From Actinomycetales bacterium (lineage in GTDB: Bacteria; Actinomycetota; Actinomycetes; Actinomycetales; CAVURS01), in NCBI GenBank assembly GCA_045807245.1, contig JBJMHS010000002.1:1-36075 (forward strand): a stretch of 36,075 bases of DNA, read 5' to 3'. Shown here piece by piece: positions 17,570 through 28,784 of this stretch. The translations under genes and the position numbers were made by a program. Position 1 is the first letter of the stretch; every line of letters begins with the position of its first letter. The notes under the pieces were generated by a model. That model saw nothing but the letters and a program-made list of their open reading frames with translations, was not told the DNA's origin and searched no databases.

Positions 17570-18222
17570 GTCGTACATACGCAGACCACATTGCCCTCAG
17601 GGTCGGACATCACCCACCAGTGGGGAGCGTGCTCGTCACTGACCAGCGTTCCGCCCAGCTCGAGCAGGCGGTCCCGCAGCTCGGCTGCGTCGTCGCCTCG
17701 GTAGACATCCAGGTGGAACCGGTCGCGCCCGGTGCGCGGCGGGTCCATGGGCTGGAACCACAACGCAGGCCCGAGCCCGGCCGGGTCCTGCAGTTCGACG
17801 GTCCCGTCAGGCATCGTCACCTCGACATAGCCGAGGGCTTCCTTCCAGAACGGCCGCAACGCTTCGGAGTCAGCCGCGTCCAGCGTCATCTCCATCTTGC
17901 GCGGCGGCGGTGACCCCGCCTTCGCGCCGGCCGCCCCGGCCGCGGTCTGGATCCGATGCGCCAGCTCGATGTCGAGCTGGGTGACGCCGCCCGCCGAGTG
18001 CGTCGAGCAGGCCACGCGCACCGTCCGCCAGCGCACGTCGATGTCCGGGTGATGGTCCATCGACTCGGCCTGGTCGGCGATCTCACCGACCAGTCGTACG
18101 GCGGCCGGAAAGGTGGGCGCGTCGTACGAGGCGTGGATCGCCCCGGCCGCGAACCGCCAGCCGGACAGGTCCGCCATCTGCCGCGTGATCTCTTCGGTGT
18201 CGAGCAGTCGGGGTCCGGCCAT
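17566..18222 (-). CDS. Pterin-4-alpha-carbinolamine dehydratase domain fused to a VOC/glyoxalase-like domain
   Basis: N-terminal AESMDHHPDIDVRW...STHSAGGVTQLDIELAHRI; C-terminal FWKEALGY, LWFQ, RFHLDV, WWVMSDPEGNVVC. Confidence 0.88.
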   Translation of the reverse strand: MAGPRLLDTEEITRQMADLSGWRFAAGAIHASYDAPTFPAAVRLVGEIADQAESMDHHPDIDVRWRTVRVACSTHSAGGVTQLDIELAHRIQTAAGAAGAKAGSPPPRKMEMTLDAADSEALRPFWKEALGYVEVTMPDGTVELQDPAGLGPALWFQPMDPPRTGRDRFHLDVYRGDDAAELRDRLLELGGTLVSDEHAPHWWVMSDPEGNVVCVCTT

Positions 18223-18254
18223 GGATCCACGCTCGCCGGGTCGGCGTGATCGCG

Positions 18255-19622
18255 TCAAGGAAGGGGAACCTCAACCCGGAAGCAGGCCCCGCCCTCGGGT
18301 GCCACGCCGACCGTGCAGCCGAGCCCGAGCCGGTCGGCCAGCGCCTTGACCAGCGCCAGACCCAGCCCGGTGCCGACCCGTCGTACGCCGCGGTACCGGT
18401 TCCACAGCGCCGACCGCTCGAATGCCACGGCACGGTCCTCGGCCGTCAGGCCCGGACCGCCATCGCGCACCTCGAGCACCGCGACCCGGGATCCGCCCGC
18501 GGCCGCTTCGGCGTCGGCCGGCCCGACCAGGGCCAGCGTGATGGGGGCGTCTGCCGGTGTCACGCGCAGCGCGTTCTCGAGCAACCCATCGATGATCTGA
18601 CGCAACCGGCCGCCGTCCGTCACCACGACCAGCTGCTCGTACGGCGGCAGCTCGGTCCGGAACCGCACGTCCACCTCCGCGCACCGCGCCCCCCACACGG
18701 CCGCGGCGGAGCGGGTGAGCTCGACCAGGTCGACCGTGACCGGAGCGAGATGGAAGTCCGCGGCCCCCAGCCGCGCGAGGTCGAGCAGGTCCGCGACCAG
18801 CCGCTCCAGCCGCCCCGCCTCGCTGACGATGACCCGGCCGGCCTCCCGCGGGTCCTCGCTCACCCCGTCGGCGAGGGCCTCGCCGAACCCCTTCACCGCC
18901 GTCAACGGGGTCCGCAGCTCGTGCGACACGGACAACAGGAACGCGCGCTCGCGTCCCTCGCTCATCTCCAGCGCGGCCGCCAGCTCGTTGACGGCCTCCG
19001 CCACCTCGGCGACCTCCACCGGCCCCTCCGGCTTGACCCGCACGGACCGCTGCCCGGATGCCAGCCGCCGGGCCGCGTTGGCCGCCCGTCCAAGCGGCGC
19101 CGCGAGGCGGCGGGCGAGCACGACAGCGCCGATGCCGGCGACGGCGACGCCGATAAGCAGTGCGAGCAGCTCACGACGCAGCAGCGAGCGCGCGCCCTTC
19201 GTCGCGTCCCCGACCGTCTTGGCCAGCACGACCCCGCTGGCGTCGCTGAGCGGTCGCGCCTCGACCAGGACAGCGTGACCGTCCACAGAAGTGTTGTAGG
19301 ACAACGACTTTCCCGCGGCCAGGTCGGCGGCGTGGGTGCCCAGCGCGAGCCGGGCCAGCCGGTCGCCGGCCACCCGTCCGCGTCCGGTCATCAGGGCCGC
19401 GGCGGTCTTCTGCGCCCGCAGGGCGCGCAACCCGGCCAGCGGTCCCTCGCTGCGCCCGACGAGCAGGTGCTGTGCGACGTCTGCCTGTTGGGCGAGACTG
19501 CGCCGGGCCTGCGACTGTGCGTCCGGCCGCAGCAGCCCGAACGAGACGATCGCGGCGACGGCCGCCGCGACCAGAACCGCGGCGACCGAGACGAGCGCGA
19601 TCCGCCCGGCGAGAGTCTTCAT
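18255..19622 (-). CDS. HAMP-domain sensor histidine kinase
   Basis: Two TM helices, HAMP, H-box SHELRTPL, N-box LLENALR, DGGPG, GTGLGL. ATG 19622 has a GAGGT RBS. Confidence 0.94.
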   Translation of the reverse strand: MKTLAGRIALVSVAAVLVAAAVAAIVSFGLLRPDAQSQARRSLAQQADVAQHLLVGRSEGPLAGLRALRAQKTAAALMTGRGRVAGDRLARLALGTHAADLAAGKSLSYNTSVDGHAVLVEARPLSDASGVVLAKTVGDATKGARSLLRRELLALLIGVAVAGIGAVVLARRLAAPLGRAANAARRLASGQRSVRVKPEGPVEVAEVAEAVNELAAALEMSEGRERAFLLSVSHELRTPLTAVKGFGEALADGVSEDPREAGRVIVSEAGRLERLVADLLDLARLGAADFHLAPVTVDLVELTRSAAAVWGARCAEVDVRFRTELPPYEQLVVVTDGGRLRQIIDGLLENALRVTPADAPITLALVGPADAEAAAGGSRVAVLEVRDGGPGLTAEDRAVAFERSALWNRYRGVRRVGTGLGLALVKALADRLGLGCTVGVAPEGGACFRVEVPLP

Positions 19623-19630
19623 CCGGACCT

Positions 19631-19684
19631 CATCCGACACCGCATCCGACACCGCATCCGACACCGCATCCGACACCGCATCCG
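19631..19684. repeat. Perfect 12-bp tandem repeat (CATCCGACACCG) x4.5
   Basis: Read directly. Occupies almost the whole gap between the regulator stop (19686) and the kinase start (19622). Confidence 0.95.
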
Positions 19685-19685
19685 G

Positions 19686-20384
19686 TCAACGTCCCAGGAC
19701 GTCTTCGGCGGCGTAGCCGACACCCCGGACGGTCCGGATCGGGCTCTGGTCGCCGAGCTTGGCGCGCAGCTGGGCCACGTGGACGTCGACCGTCCGGCTG
19801 GCGGCGCCGTTGTACCCCCACACCTGCGCGAGGAGCTCGTCCCGGCCGAACACCCGGCCCGGCCGCTTGAGCAGATGGGCGAGCAGGTCGAACTCGGTTG
19901 CGGTCAGCTCGACCTCCTCGTCACCCGCCCACGCCCGGCGCGCGCCCGGGTCCAGGCGCACCGTGCCGGCCCGCAGCTCGCGTGCGGGCGCCTCCGCCGG
20001 GCCGCGACGCAGCACCGCCTTGAGCCGAGCGACCAGCTCGCGCGGCGAGAACGGCTTGGTCACGTAGTCGTCCGCACCGAGCTCCAGGCCGAGCACGCGG
20101 TCGGTCTCGTCGTCGCGCGCGGTGACCACCAGGATCGGCGTCCAGTCCCCGCCCTCGCGCAGCCGCCGGCAGACGTCGAACCCGTCCAGGCCGGGCAGCC
20201 CGATGTCGAGGATCACCGCGGTCGGTCGCAGCCGGCGCACGTCCACCAGAGCCTGGGCACCGTCAGCGACCGCGTGCACGGTGAACCCCTCCCGGGTCAG
20301 GTACATCCGCAGCACGGAGGTGATGGCCTCCTCGTCCTCGACGACCATCACCAGGCCGCGGGCTGCTGCGTCTTGAGCCGGCAC
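19686..20384 (-). CDS. OmpR/PhoB-family response regulator
   Basis: [59 protein letters not shown]. Start uncertain. Confidence 0.95.
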   Translation of the reverse strand: MPAQDAAARGLVMVVEDEEAITSVLRMYLTREGFTVHAVADGAQALVDVRRLRPTAVILDIGLPGLDGFDVCRRLREGGDWTPILVVTARDDETDRVLGLELGADDYVTKPFSPRELVARLKAVLRRGPAEAPARELRAGTVRLDPGARRAWAGDEEVELTATEFDLLAHLLKRPGRVFGRDELLAQVWGYNGAASRTVDVHVAQLRAKLGDQSPIRTVRGVGYAAEDVLGR

Positions 20385-20506
20385 GTTCCATATCGTCCCG
20401 TGCGGCGTTGCGCCGCGCGGGCGCCCCTCGCCGACCCGAACACTCCTCTTACCTGCGGGGCCTAGGCTGGACGGTGAAACCACCCACGAGAATCGAGCCT
20501 TTCCGC

Positions 20507-22396
<1,890 letters not shown>

Positions 22397-22662
22397 CCCC
22401 TTCGGGGAGCCCACCGTCGCGAAAGGCCGAACGCAAGATCGCCCGCGCGGGGGTGGTCACACGCGAAATCGTCCCGTACGGTGTCCCGCGGTTGACACAG
22501 GTTGTGACACTCTCGGCCTAGATCGTCACCGCACGGTCACGATCTGGCTACAAGTAAGTAGCCGCATGGCATTCGCGTCCGGCAGCGGCCTAAGGTCGCC
22601 CTGATGCGTGCGCTGTACCGCTTCTCGCACCCCAGGAACTGCACGAAGGGACTCCGCTCTCT

Positions 22663-23661
22663 ATGACCGTGACTGTCGGCCAGCTCGAGGCCGAAGCACC
22701 ACCCCCCGCGGGTGATGAGAGCTTCGACACCAAGGTCGTCGGACGTTCTCCCTGGCAGATCGCCAAGTCGCGCTTCCGTCGCGACAAAGTGTCGATGGCC
22801 GCCTACGTCATCGTGCTGCTGTACGTCGTGCTCGCGTTGACGGCGCCGATCATGGACAAGCTGGGGATCATCGATCCGCAGAAGTTCAACACCGACCTGG
22901 TGGGGGGGATCGGGTCGGTCCCCACCGGAGCGCACGGCGGCATCAGCACCGACCACTGGCTCGGCGTAGAGCCGCAGACCGGTCGAGACCTGCTCTCCCG
23001 CCTCGTTCTCGGCGTGACCCTGTCGATGGCCGTCGCCGTCGTCGCGACCGCGTTCAGCATCATCGTCGGCACGGTCCTGGGCATCATCAGCGGATACCTC
23101 GGCGGCTGGTGGGACTTCTGGATCGGCCGCTTCATCGACCTGGTGCTGTCGTTCCCTCAGCTGCTGATGCTGCTGGCGCTGTCCCCGGTGCTGCTCGACC
23201 GCATCGTCGCGATCGGCATACCCGCGGGGAACGCTGCGCAGTACACGTATCTCGTCTTCGTCCTCGGGTTCTTCGGCTTCCCGTACTTCGCGCGCATCAT
23301 CCGCGGCCAGGTGCTGTCGCTGCGCGAGCGTGAGTTCATCGAGGCCACGCGCTCGCTGGGTGCGCGCAACGGGCGCATCTGGTTCAAGGAGCTGCTGCCG
23401 AACCTCTGGGCACCGATCCTCGTGTACACGACGCTGACCCTGCCGGCCAACATCTCGGCCGAGGCGGCGCTGAGCTTCCTCGGTGTCGGCATCAAGGCGC
23501 CGACGCCGACCCTCGGCAACATCCTCAACGACTCCGTCAACTACCTGCAGCCGGACCCCATCTACTTCTTCCTGCCCGGCCTGTTCATCTTCACCGCCGT
23601 CCTTTGCTTCAACCTGCTGGGCGACGGTCTGAGAGACGCGCTGGACCCGAAGTCGCACTAG
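22663..23661 (+). CDS. Peptide ABC transporter permease (OppC/DppC type, BldKA-like)
   Basis: HWLGVEPQTGRDLLSR, ARIIRGQVLSLREREFIEA (EAA loop), EAALSFLG, FNLLGDGLRDALDP. Confidence 0.94.
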   Translation: MTVTVGQLEAEAPPPAGDESFDTKVVGRSPWQIAKSRFRRDKVSMAAYVIVLLYVVLALTAPIMDKLGIIDPQKFNTDLVGGIGSVPTGAHGGISTDHWLGVEPQTGRDLLSRLVLGVTLSMAVAVVATAFSIIVGTVLGIISGYLGGWWDFWIGRFIDLVLSFPQLLMLLALSPVLLDRIVAIGIPAGNAAQYTYLVFVLGFFGFPYFARIIRGQVLSLREREFIEATRSLGARNGRIWFKELLPNLWAPILVYTTLTLPANISAEAALSFLGVGIKAPTPTLGNILNDSVNYLQPDPIYFFLPGLFIFTAVLCFNLLGDGLRDALDPKSH

Positions 23662-23743
23662 CCCCCAAGAGTCCCGACAGCACCAGCTGCGGGCAGTTCG
23701 ACCGATCGACCGATCGGTGCGCTAAACACACGAAGGAGAGCCC

Positions 23744-25486
23744 ATGAAGCTCACACACAGAGGAGCGATGCTGATCGCGCTCTCTGGCGTTGTGGCACTG
23801 ACTGCCGCGGCCTGCGGTGGCGGTAGCAGTGGTGGCACGAGCAGCAACAACGGCTCGGGCTCCGCGGCGAAAGCCGGAGGCACGCTGTACTACCTGACCA
23901 AGCGCCCCCTGGAGCACTGGGACCCGCAGCGCACGTACATCGGACGTGACCTCTCCAACGAGGCCCGCATGACGTACCGCACGCTGACCAGCTGGCCAGT
24001 TGCGGCGGGCAAGGACGGCCTGAAGCTTGTTGCTGACGCGGCGACCGACACCGGTACTGCAGCGGACGGCGGCAAGACGTGGACGTTCACGCTCAAGGAC
24101 GGTCTGAAGTGGCAGGACGGCAAGCCAGTCGCCTGTGAGGACTTCAAGTACGGCATCTCGCGCACCTTCGCGACCGATGTCATCACCGGCGGTCCGAGCT
24201 ATGCGCTGCAGTTCATCGACATCGGCACCCACAAGGACAAGGACGGCAACACGGCGTCCGACTACGCGGGTCCGTATGCGAAGACCGGCCAGGCCTTGTA
24301 CGACAAGGCAGTCGTCTGCGACGGCAACAAGATCACGTTCCACCTGAAGAAGCCGGTCGGCGACTTCAACCAGACCGTGACCATGCCTGCCTTCGCTGCC
24401 TTCCGGGCCGACCAGGACAAGGGTGACAAGTCCAACTTCGTGCCCTTCTCCGACGGCCCGTACATGCTGCAGGGCGCGTGGACCCAGAACAAGGGCGGCA
24501 CATTCGTCCGCAACCCCAACTGGGACGCGAAGACCGACAACATCCGTAAGGCTCTGCCGGACAAGATCATCTTCACCGAGGGTCTGACCGACGAGGTCAT
24601 CGCCCAGCGCCTCATCAGCGACCAGGGCAACGACAAGTTCGCAGTGTCCGACCGGCGCATCCCGCCGGCGTACCAGGCGCAGGCCAGCAGTCTGCCGAAG
24701 ACGCGCCAAGAGCTCGTCGACGCGCCGTACATGGACTACCTGACGCCGAACTTCCGCACCCTGAAGAACCCGCTGGTTCGGCAGGCTCTCGCGATCTCGA
24801 CGGACAAGGCCGGCTACATCACCGCCAGCGGTGGCGACACGTATGGTCGTCCGGCGCAGACGCTGATCAACCCCGGTGTCAACGGCTTCAAGGACTTCAA
24901 CGCCTTCAACGCGCCCGACAAGGGTGACCCCGCGAAGGCCAAGCAGCTCCTGCAGCAGGCCGGCGTGAAGATCCCCTACCCGATCAACTTCACCTACAAC
25001 GGTGGCACGCCTACCAGCGAGAAGTACGCCGCCGCTCTGAAGGCGGGCTGGGAGGCCGGTGGCTTCAAGGTCACGTTGAACGAGCTCACGGACACGTACT
25101 ACGACGTGATCCAGAACCCGAACAACGCCAAGAAGTACGACGTCACCTGGGCCGGCTGGGGTGCCGACTGGCCGAACGCCTCGACGGTCATCCCGCCGCT
25201 GTTCGACAGCCGGGTCAACCTGTCCGCGGCGTCCAACGGTTCGGACTACGGCTACTACGACAACGCCCAGGTCAACCAGATGATCGACCAGGCGTACGCC
25301 ACGACCGACCCTGCAGCGCAGGCGAAGATGTGGGGCGACATCGACGAGGTCATCGCCAAGGACGTCGGCTACATCCCGCTGGCCATCGAGAAGTTCTACC
25401 TGGTCTGGGGCTCCGGCGTTAAGGGTTGGATCGACAACCCGGCCGTGTCGGACTACCCCGAGCTGGGCGGAATCGGCGTCCAGTAA
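23744..25486 (+). CDS. Peptide ABC transporter substrate-binding lipoprotein (family 5, BldKB-like)
   Basis: Lipobox LTAAAC, WDPQRTY, DGGKTWTFTLKDGLKWQDG, GPY, WGADWP. AAGGAG RBS. Confidence 0.94.
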   Translation: MKLTHRGAMLIALSGVVALTAAACGGGSSGGTSSNNGSGSAAKAGGTLYYLTKRPLEHWDPQRTYIGRDLSNEARMTYRTLTSWPVAAGKDGLKLVADAATDTGTAADGGKTWTFTLKDGLKWQDGKPVACEDFKYGISRTFATDVITGGPSYALQFIDIGTHKDKDGNTASDYAGPYAKTGQALYDKAVVCDGNKITFHLKKPVGDFNQTVTMPAFAAFRADQDKGDKSNFVPFSDGPYMLQGAWTQNKGGTFVRNPNWDAKTDNIRKALPDKIIFTEGLTDEVIAQRLISDQGNDKFAVSDRRIPPAYQAQASSLPKTRQELVDAPYMDYLTPNFRTLKNPLVRQALAISTDKAGYITASGGDTYGRPAQTLINPGVNGFKDFNAFNAPDKGDPAKAKQLLQQAGVKIPYPINFTYNGGTPTSEKYAAALKAGWEAGGFKVTLNELTDTYYDVIQNPNNAKKYDVTWAGWGADWPNASTVIPPLFDSRVNLSAASNGSDYGYYDNAQVNQMIDQAYATTDPAAQAKMWGDIDEVIAKDVGYIPLAIEKFYLVWGSGVKGWIDNPAVSDYPELGGIGVQ

Positions 25487-25512
25487 GGACCAGTAGTACC
25501 TCGCATGGATCG

Positions 25513-25567
25513 TCAGGTCTGAAGGAGGTGAGGGCACGCACACCGCGTGTCCTCACCTCCGACCTGA
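25513..25567 (+). terminator. Long intercistronic stem-loop after the substrate-binding gene (attenuator or mRNA stabiliser)
   Basis: TCAGGTC..GGAGGTGAGGGCACGC-acacc-GCGTGTCCTCACCTCC-GACCTGA: 16-bp inner stem with one G-U pair plus a 7-bp outer stem. Confidence 0.8.
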
Positions 25568-25614
25568 GAATGTCGATCAGGGCCGGGTAGGGCCGGGAAC
25601 GAGCGGAGCCATCG

Positions 25615-26628
25615 ATGCTGATGTACATCCTGCGGCGCATCCTCGCCGCCATCGTGATGCTGTGGGTCATCAGCATCGTCGTGTTCGGCATCTTCTACGC
25701 CACGCCCACCGACCCGGCCCGGCTGACGTGCGGCAAGAACTGCACGCCGGCGCTCATCGCGGCCAACCGGCACTACCTCGGCTTCGACCAGTCCATCTAC
25801 AAGCAGTACGGGCTCTTCGTGAAGGGCGTCCTGGTCGGCCGCGACTTCCCGAACGACGAGAAGCTGCGCAAGGACAACCCGAGCATCGTCACCCACTGCG
25901 GTGCGCCCTGCCTCGGCTACTCGCCGTACCGCACCGAGCTCGTCTCCTCGGTCATCAAGGACGCCGGCGGCGTGACCCTGTCCCTGTCGCTCGGCGCGTT
26001 CGTCGTCTGGATCGTCTGCGGTGTGGGTGCCGGAATCATCGCGGCGTTGTTCAGAGGCCGGTTCCTCGATCGGTTCCTGGTCGGCCTATCCCTTGTCTTC
26101 TACTCGTTCCCAGCGTTCTTCATAGCCCTGCTCGCCTACAACTACCTGTCGACGAAGTGGCAGCTGTTCGCGACGCCGGAGTACACGGACTTCACCAGCA
26201 ACCCGTACAAGTGGTTCATCGGCTTGCGGCTGCCCTGGGTCACCCTGGCGTCCCTGTACGCCGCCGGCTACGTGCGGCTGACCCGGGCCTACATGCTCGA
26301 GACGATGGGCGAGGACTATCTGCGAACGGCCCGGGCCAAGGGCCTGCCCGAGCGGGTGGTCGTCATGAAACACACCCTGCGCGCCGCGCTGACCCCGATC
26401 GTCACGGTCGCCGGGCTGGATCTCGGCGGTCTGCTGGCGGGTGCGGCCATCACCGAGACGGTGTTCAACTTCGAGGGGCTGGGGCGGACGACCGTCCGGG
26501 CGGTGTCGGTCTTCGACCTGCCGGTCATCGTCGGCGTCGTCCTCGTCGGCGCCTCGTTCATCGTCGTCGCGAACCTGGTCGTCGACGTGCTGTACGGAGT
26601 CATCGACCCTCGTGTGCGTTACGCCTAG
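25615..26628 (+). CDS. Peptide ABC transporter permease (OppB/DppB type, BldKC-like)
   Basis: YILRRIL, CGKNC, EDYLRTARAKGL, HTLRAALTPIVT, ANLVVDVLYGVIDPRVR. Confidence 0.94.
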   Translation: MLMYILRRILAAIVMLWVISIVVFGIFYATPTDPARLTCGKNCTPALIAANRHYLGFDQSIYKQYGLFVKGVLVGRDFPNDEKLRKDNPSIVTHCGAPCLGYSPYRTELVSSVIKDAGGVTLSLSLGAFVVWIVCGVGAGIIAALFRGRFLDRFLVGLSLVFYSFPAFFIALLAYNYLSTKWQLFATPEYTDFTSNPYKWFIGLRLPWVTLASLYAAGYVRLTRAYMLETMGEDYLRTARAKGLPERVVVMKHTLRAALTPIVTVAGLDLGGLLAGAAITETVFNFEGLGRTTVRAVSVFDLPVIVGVVLVGASFIVVANLVVDVLYGVIDPRVRYA

Positions 26629-26647
26629 AAGGGGCTAGGTTCTGCGC

Positions 26648-27724
26648 ATGAGCACTGTTCCTGCGACCGCGCCCGCGCGCGACACGACCTCGGGGACACC
26701 GTTCCTCGTGGTCGACGACCTGCACGTCCACTTCCCGACCGACGACGGCGTCGTGAAGTCCGTGGACGGCGTCAGCTTCGAGCTGCAGGCCGGACGGACG
26801 CTCGGCATCGTCGGCGAGTCCGGCTCGGGCAAGTCCGTGACCAGCCAGGCCATCATGGGCCTGCACCGACGGACCAACGCCCGGGTCACCGGCCAGATCA
26901 TGCTCGACGACGAGGACCTGCTGTCGGTCACGGACGCGCGGATCCGCGAGCTCCGCGGCGACAAGATGGCGATGATCTTCCAGGACCCGATGTCCTCGCT
27001 GCACCCGTACTACACGATCGGCAACCAGATCAGCGAGGGCTTCCTGGTCCACCACGACGTCAGCAAGAGCGTCGCCCGGCAGGCCACGCTCGAGGTCCTC
27101 GACCGCGTCGGCATCCCGAACTCCAAGGCGCGGATCGACCAGTACCCGCACGAGTTCTCCGGAGGCATGCGCCAGCGCGCCATGATCGCGATGGCCCTCG
27201 TCAACAACCCCAAGCTGCTCATCGCCGACGAGCCGACGACGGCGCTCGACGTCACGGTCCAGGCGCAGATCCTCACCTTGATGAAGGACCTGCAGAAGGA
27301 GTACGGCTCGGCCATCATCATCATCACCCACGACCTGGGCGTGGTCGCCGACATGGCCGACGACCTGCTGGTCATGTACGGCGGGAAGCCGGTCGAGACT
27401 GGTTCGGTCAGCGACGTGTTCTACAAGCCGGAGATGCCGTACAGCTGGGGCCTGCTCAGCTCGATGCCCCGGATGGACAAGACCCGGCAGGAGCGGCTCG
27501 TGCCGATCACGGGCACGCCGCCCTCGCTGATCAACCTGCCGACGGGATGCGTCTTCCACCCTCGCTGCCGGTTCAAGGACCGGGTGCCGGGCGACAAGTG
27601 CTGGACCGACGAGCCCGAGCTGCTGGAGACGACTCCGGGTCACGCGGTGCGCTGTCACATCGACCCGCCCGAGCGGCGCCAGATCTTCGAGGCCGAGATC
27701 AAGCCCGTCCTGGGCAGGGAGTGA
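26648..27724 (+). CDS. Peptide ABC transporter ATP-binding subunit (OppD type)
   Basis: GESGSGKS, FSGGMRQR, LIADEPTTALD, C-terminal GCVFHPRC...C...C motif. Confidence 0.95.
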   Translation: MSTVPATAPARDTTSGTPFLVVDDLHVHFPTDDGVVKSVDGVSFELQAGRTLGIVGESGSGKSVTSQAIMGLHRRTNARVTGQIMLDDEDLLSVTDARIRELRGDKMAMIFQDPMSSLHPYYTIGNQISEGFLVHHDVSKSVARQATLEVLDRVGIPNSKARIDQYPHEFSGGMRQRAMIAMALVNNPKLLIADEPTTALDVTVQAQILTLMKDLQKEYGSAIIIITHDLGVVADMADDLLVMYGGKPVETGSVSDVFYKPEMPYSWGLLSSMPRMDKTRQERLVPITGTPPSLINLPTGCVFHPRCRFKDRVPGDKCWTDEPELLETTPGHAVRCHIDPPERRQIFEAEIKPVLGRE

Positions 27725-27729
27725 GCACG

Positions 27730-28764
27730 ATGAGCCAGACCGCTCCCGAGACGGCAGTACCGAAGGCAACAGCCGGCGACCCGCTGATGCGGATCACCGG
27801 CCTCAAGAAGCACTTCCCCATCCGCGGCGGCGGTCTCCTGCGCCGGGTGAGCGGGCAGGTCCGCGCCGTCGACGGCATCTCGCTGGACATCCAGCCCGGC
27901 GAGACCGTCGGCCTGGTGGGCGAGTCCGGTTGCGGCAAGTCGACGGCCGGCCGGACGCTGCTCAAGCTGCTCGAGCCGACCGCCGGCACGATCGAGTTCA
28001 ACGGCGAGGACATCACCGGAGCCGACCGCCGGCGCATGCGCCAGCTGCGCCGCGAGCTGCAGATGATCTTCCAGGACCCCTACGGCTCGCTGAACCCGCG
28101 CCACACCGTGGGCACCATCATCTCCGCACCGTTCGACATCCAGGGGATGAAACCCGAGGGCGGGACCAAGCGGGCCACCCAGGAGCTGATGGCCCGGGTG
28201 GGCCTCAACCCGGAGCACTTCAACCGCTACCCGCACGAGTTCTCCGGCGGCCAGCGTCAGCGCATCGGCATCGCTCGCTCGCTGGCGTTGCGTCCCCAGC
28301 TCGTCGTCTGCGACGAGCCGGTCTCCGCCCTCGACGTGTCCATCCAGGCCCAGGTCATCAACCTGCTCGAGGACCTGCAGGAGGAGCGCAAGCTCGCCTA
28401 CATCTTCATCGCGCACGACCTGTCCGTCGTCCGGCACATCTCCGACCGGGTCGTCGTGATGTACCTGGGCAAGGTCATGGAGAGCGCCGACCGGGACACG
28501 CTGTACGAGCGGCCGCAGCACCCCTACACCCATGCGCTGCTCTCGGCCGTGCCGGTGCCGGACCCGGAGCGGGAGAAGAACCGGGAGCGGATCGTGCTGC
28601 AGGGCGACCTGCCCAGCCCCTCCAACCCGCCCTCGGGCTGCGTGTTCCGCACCCGGTGCCCGAAGGCCCAGGAGCGTTGCGCCGCCGAGGTGCCGGAGCT
28701 GCGCGAACTAGCGCCAGGCCATGTGGTCGCCTGCCACTTCCCTGAGGTCAGGGCCGTCGTCTGA
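27730..28764 (+). CDS. Peptide ABC transporter ATP-binding subunit (OppF type)
   Basis: GESGCGKS, FSGGQRQR, DEPVSALD, HPYT, GCVFRTRC. Alternative start GTG 27721 overlaps the upstream stop. Confidence 0.95.
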   Translation: MSQTAPETAVPKATAGDPLMRITGLKKHFPIRGGGLLRRVSGQVRAVDGISLDIQPGETVGLVGESGCGKSTAGRTLLKLLEPTAGTIEFNGEDITGADRRRMRQLRRELQMIFQDPYGSLNPRHTVGTIISAPFDIQGMKPEGGTKRATQELMARVGLNPEHFNRYPHEFSGGQRQRIGIARSLALRPQLVVCDEPVSALDVSIQAQVINLLEDLQEERKLAYIFIAHDLSVVRHISDRVVVMYLGKVMESADRDTLYERPQHPYTHALLSAVPVPDPEREKNRERIVLQGDLPSPSNPPSGCVFRTRCPKAQERCAAEVPELRELAPGHVVACHFPEVRAVV

Positions 28765-28784
28765 CCAGTCCGGTCGGCAGACCG

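Noticed and set aside
19631..19684. Possible CRISPR array
   Set aside because: 12-bp head-to-tail units with no spacers and no cas genes; this is a simple tandem repeat.
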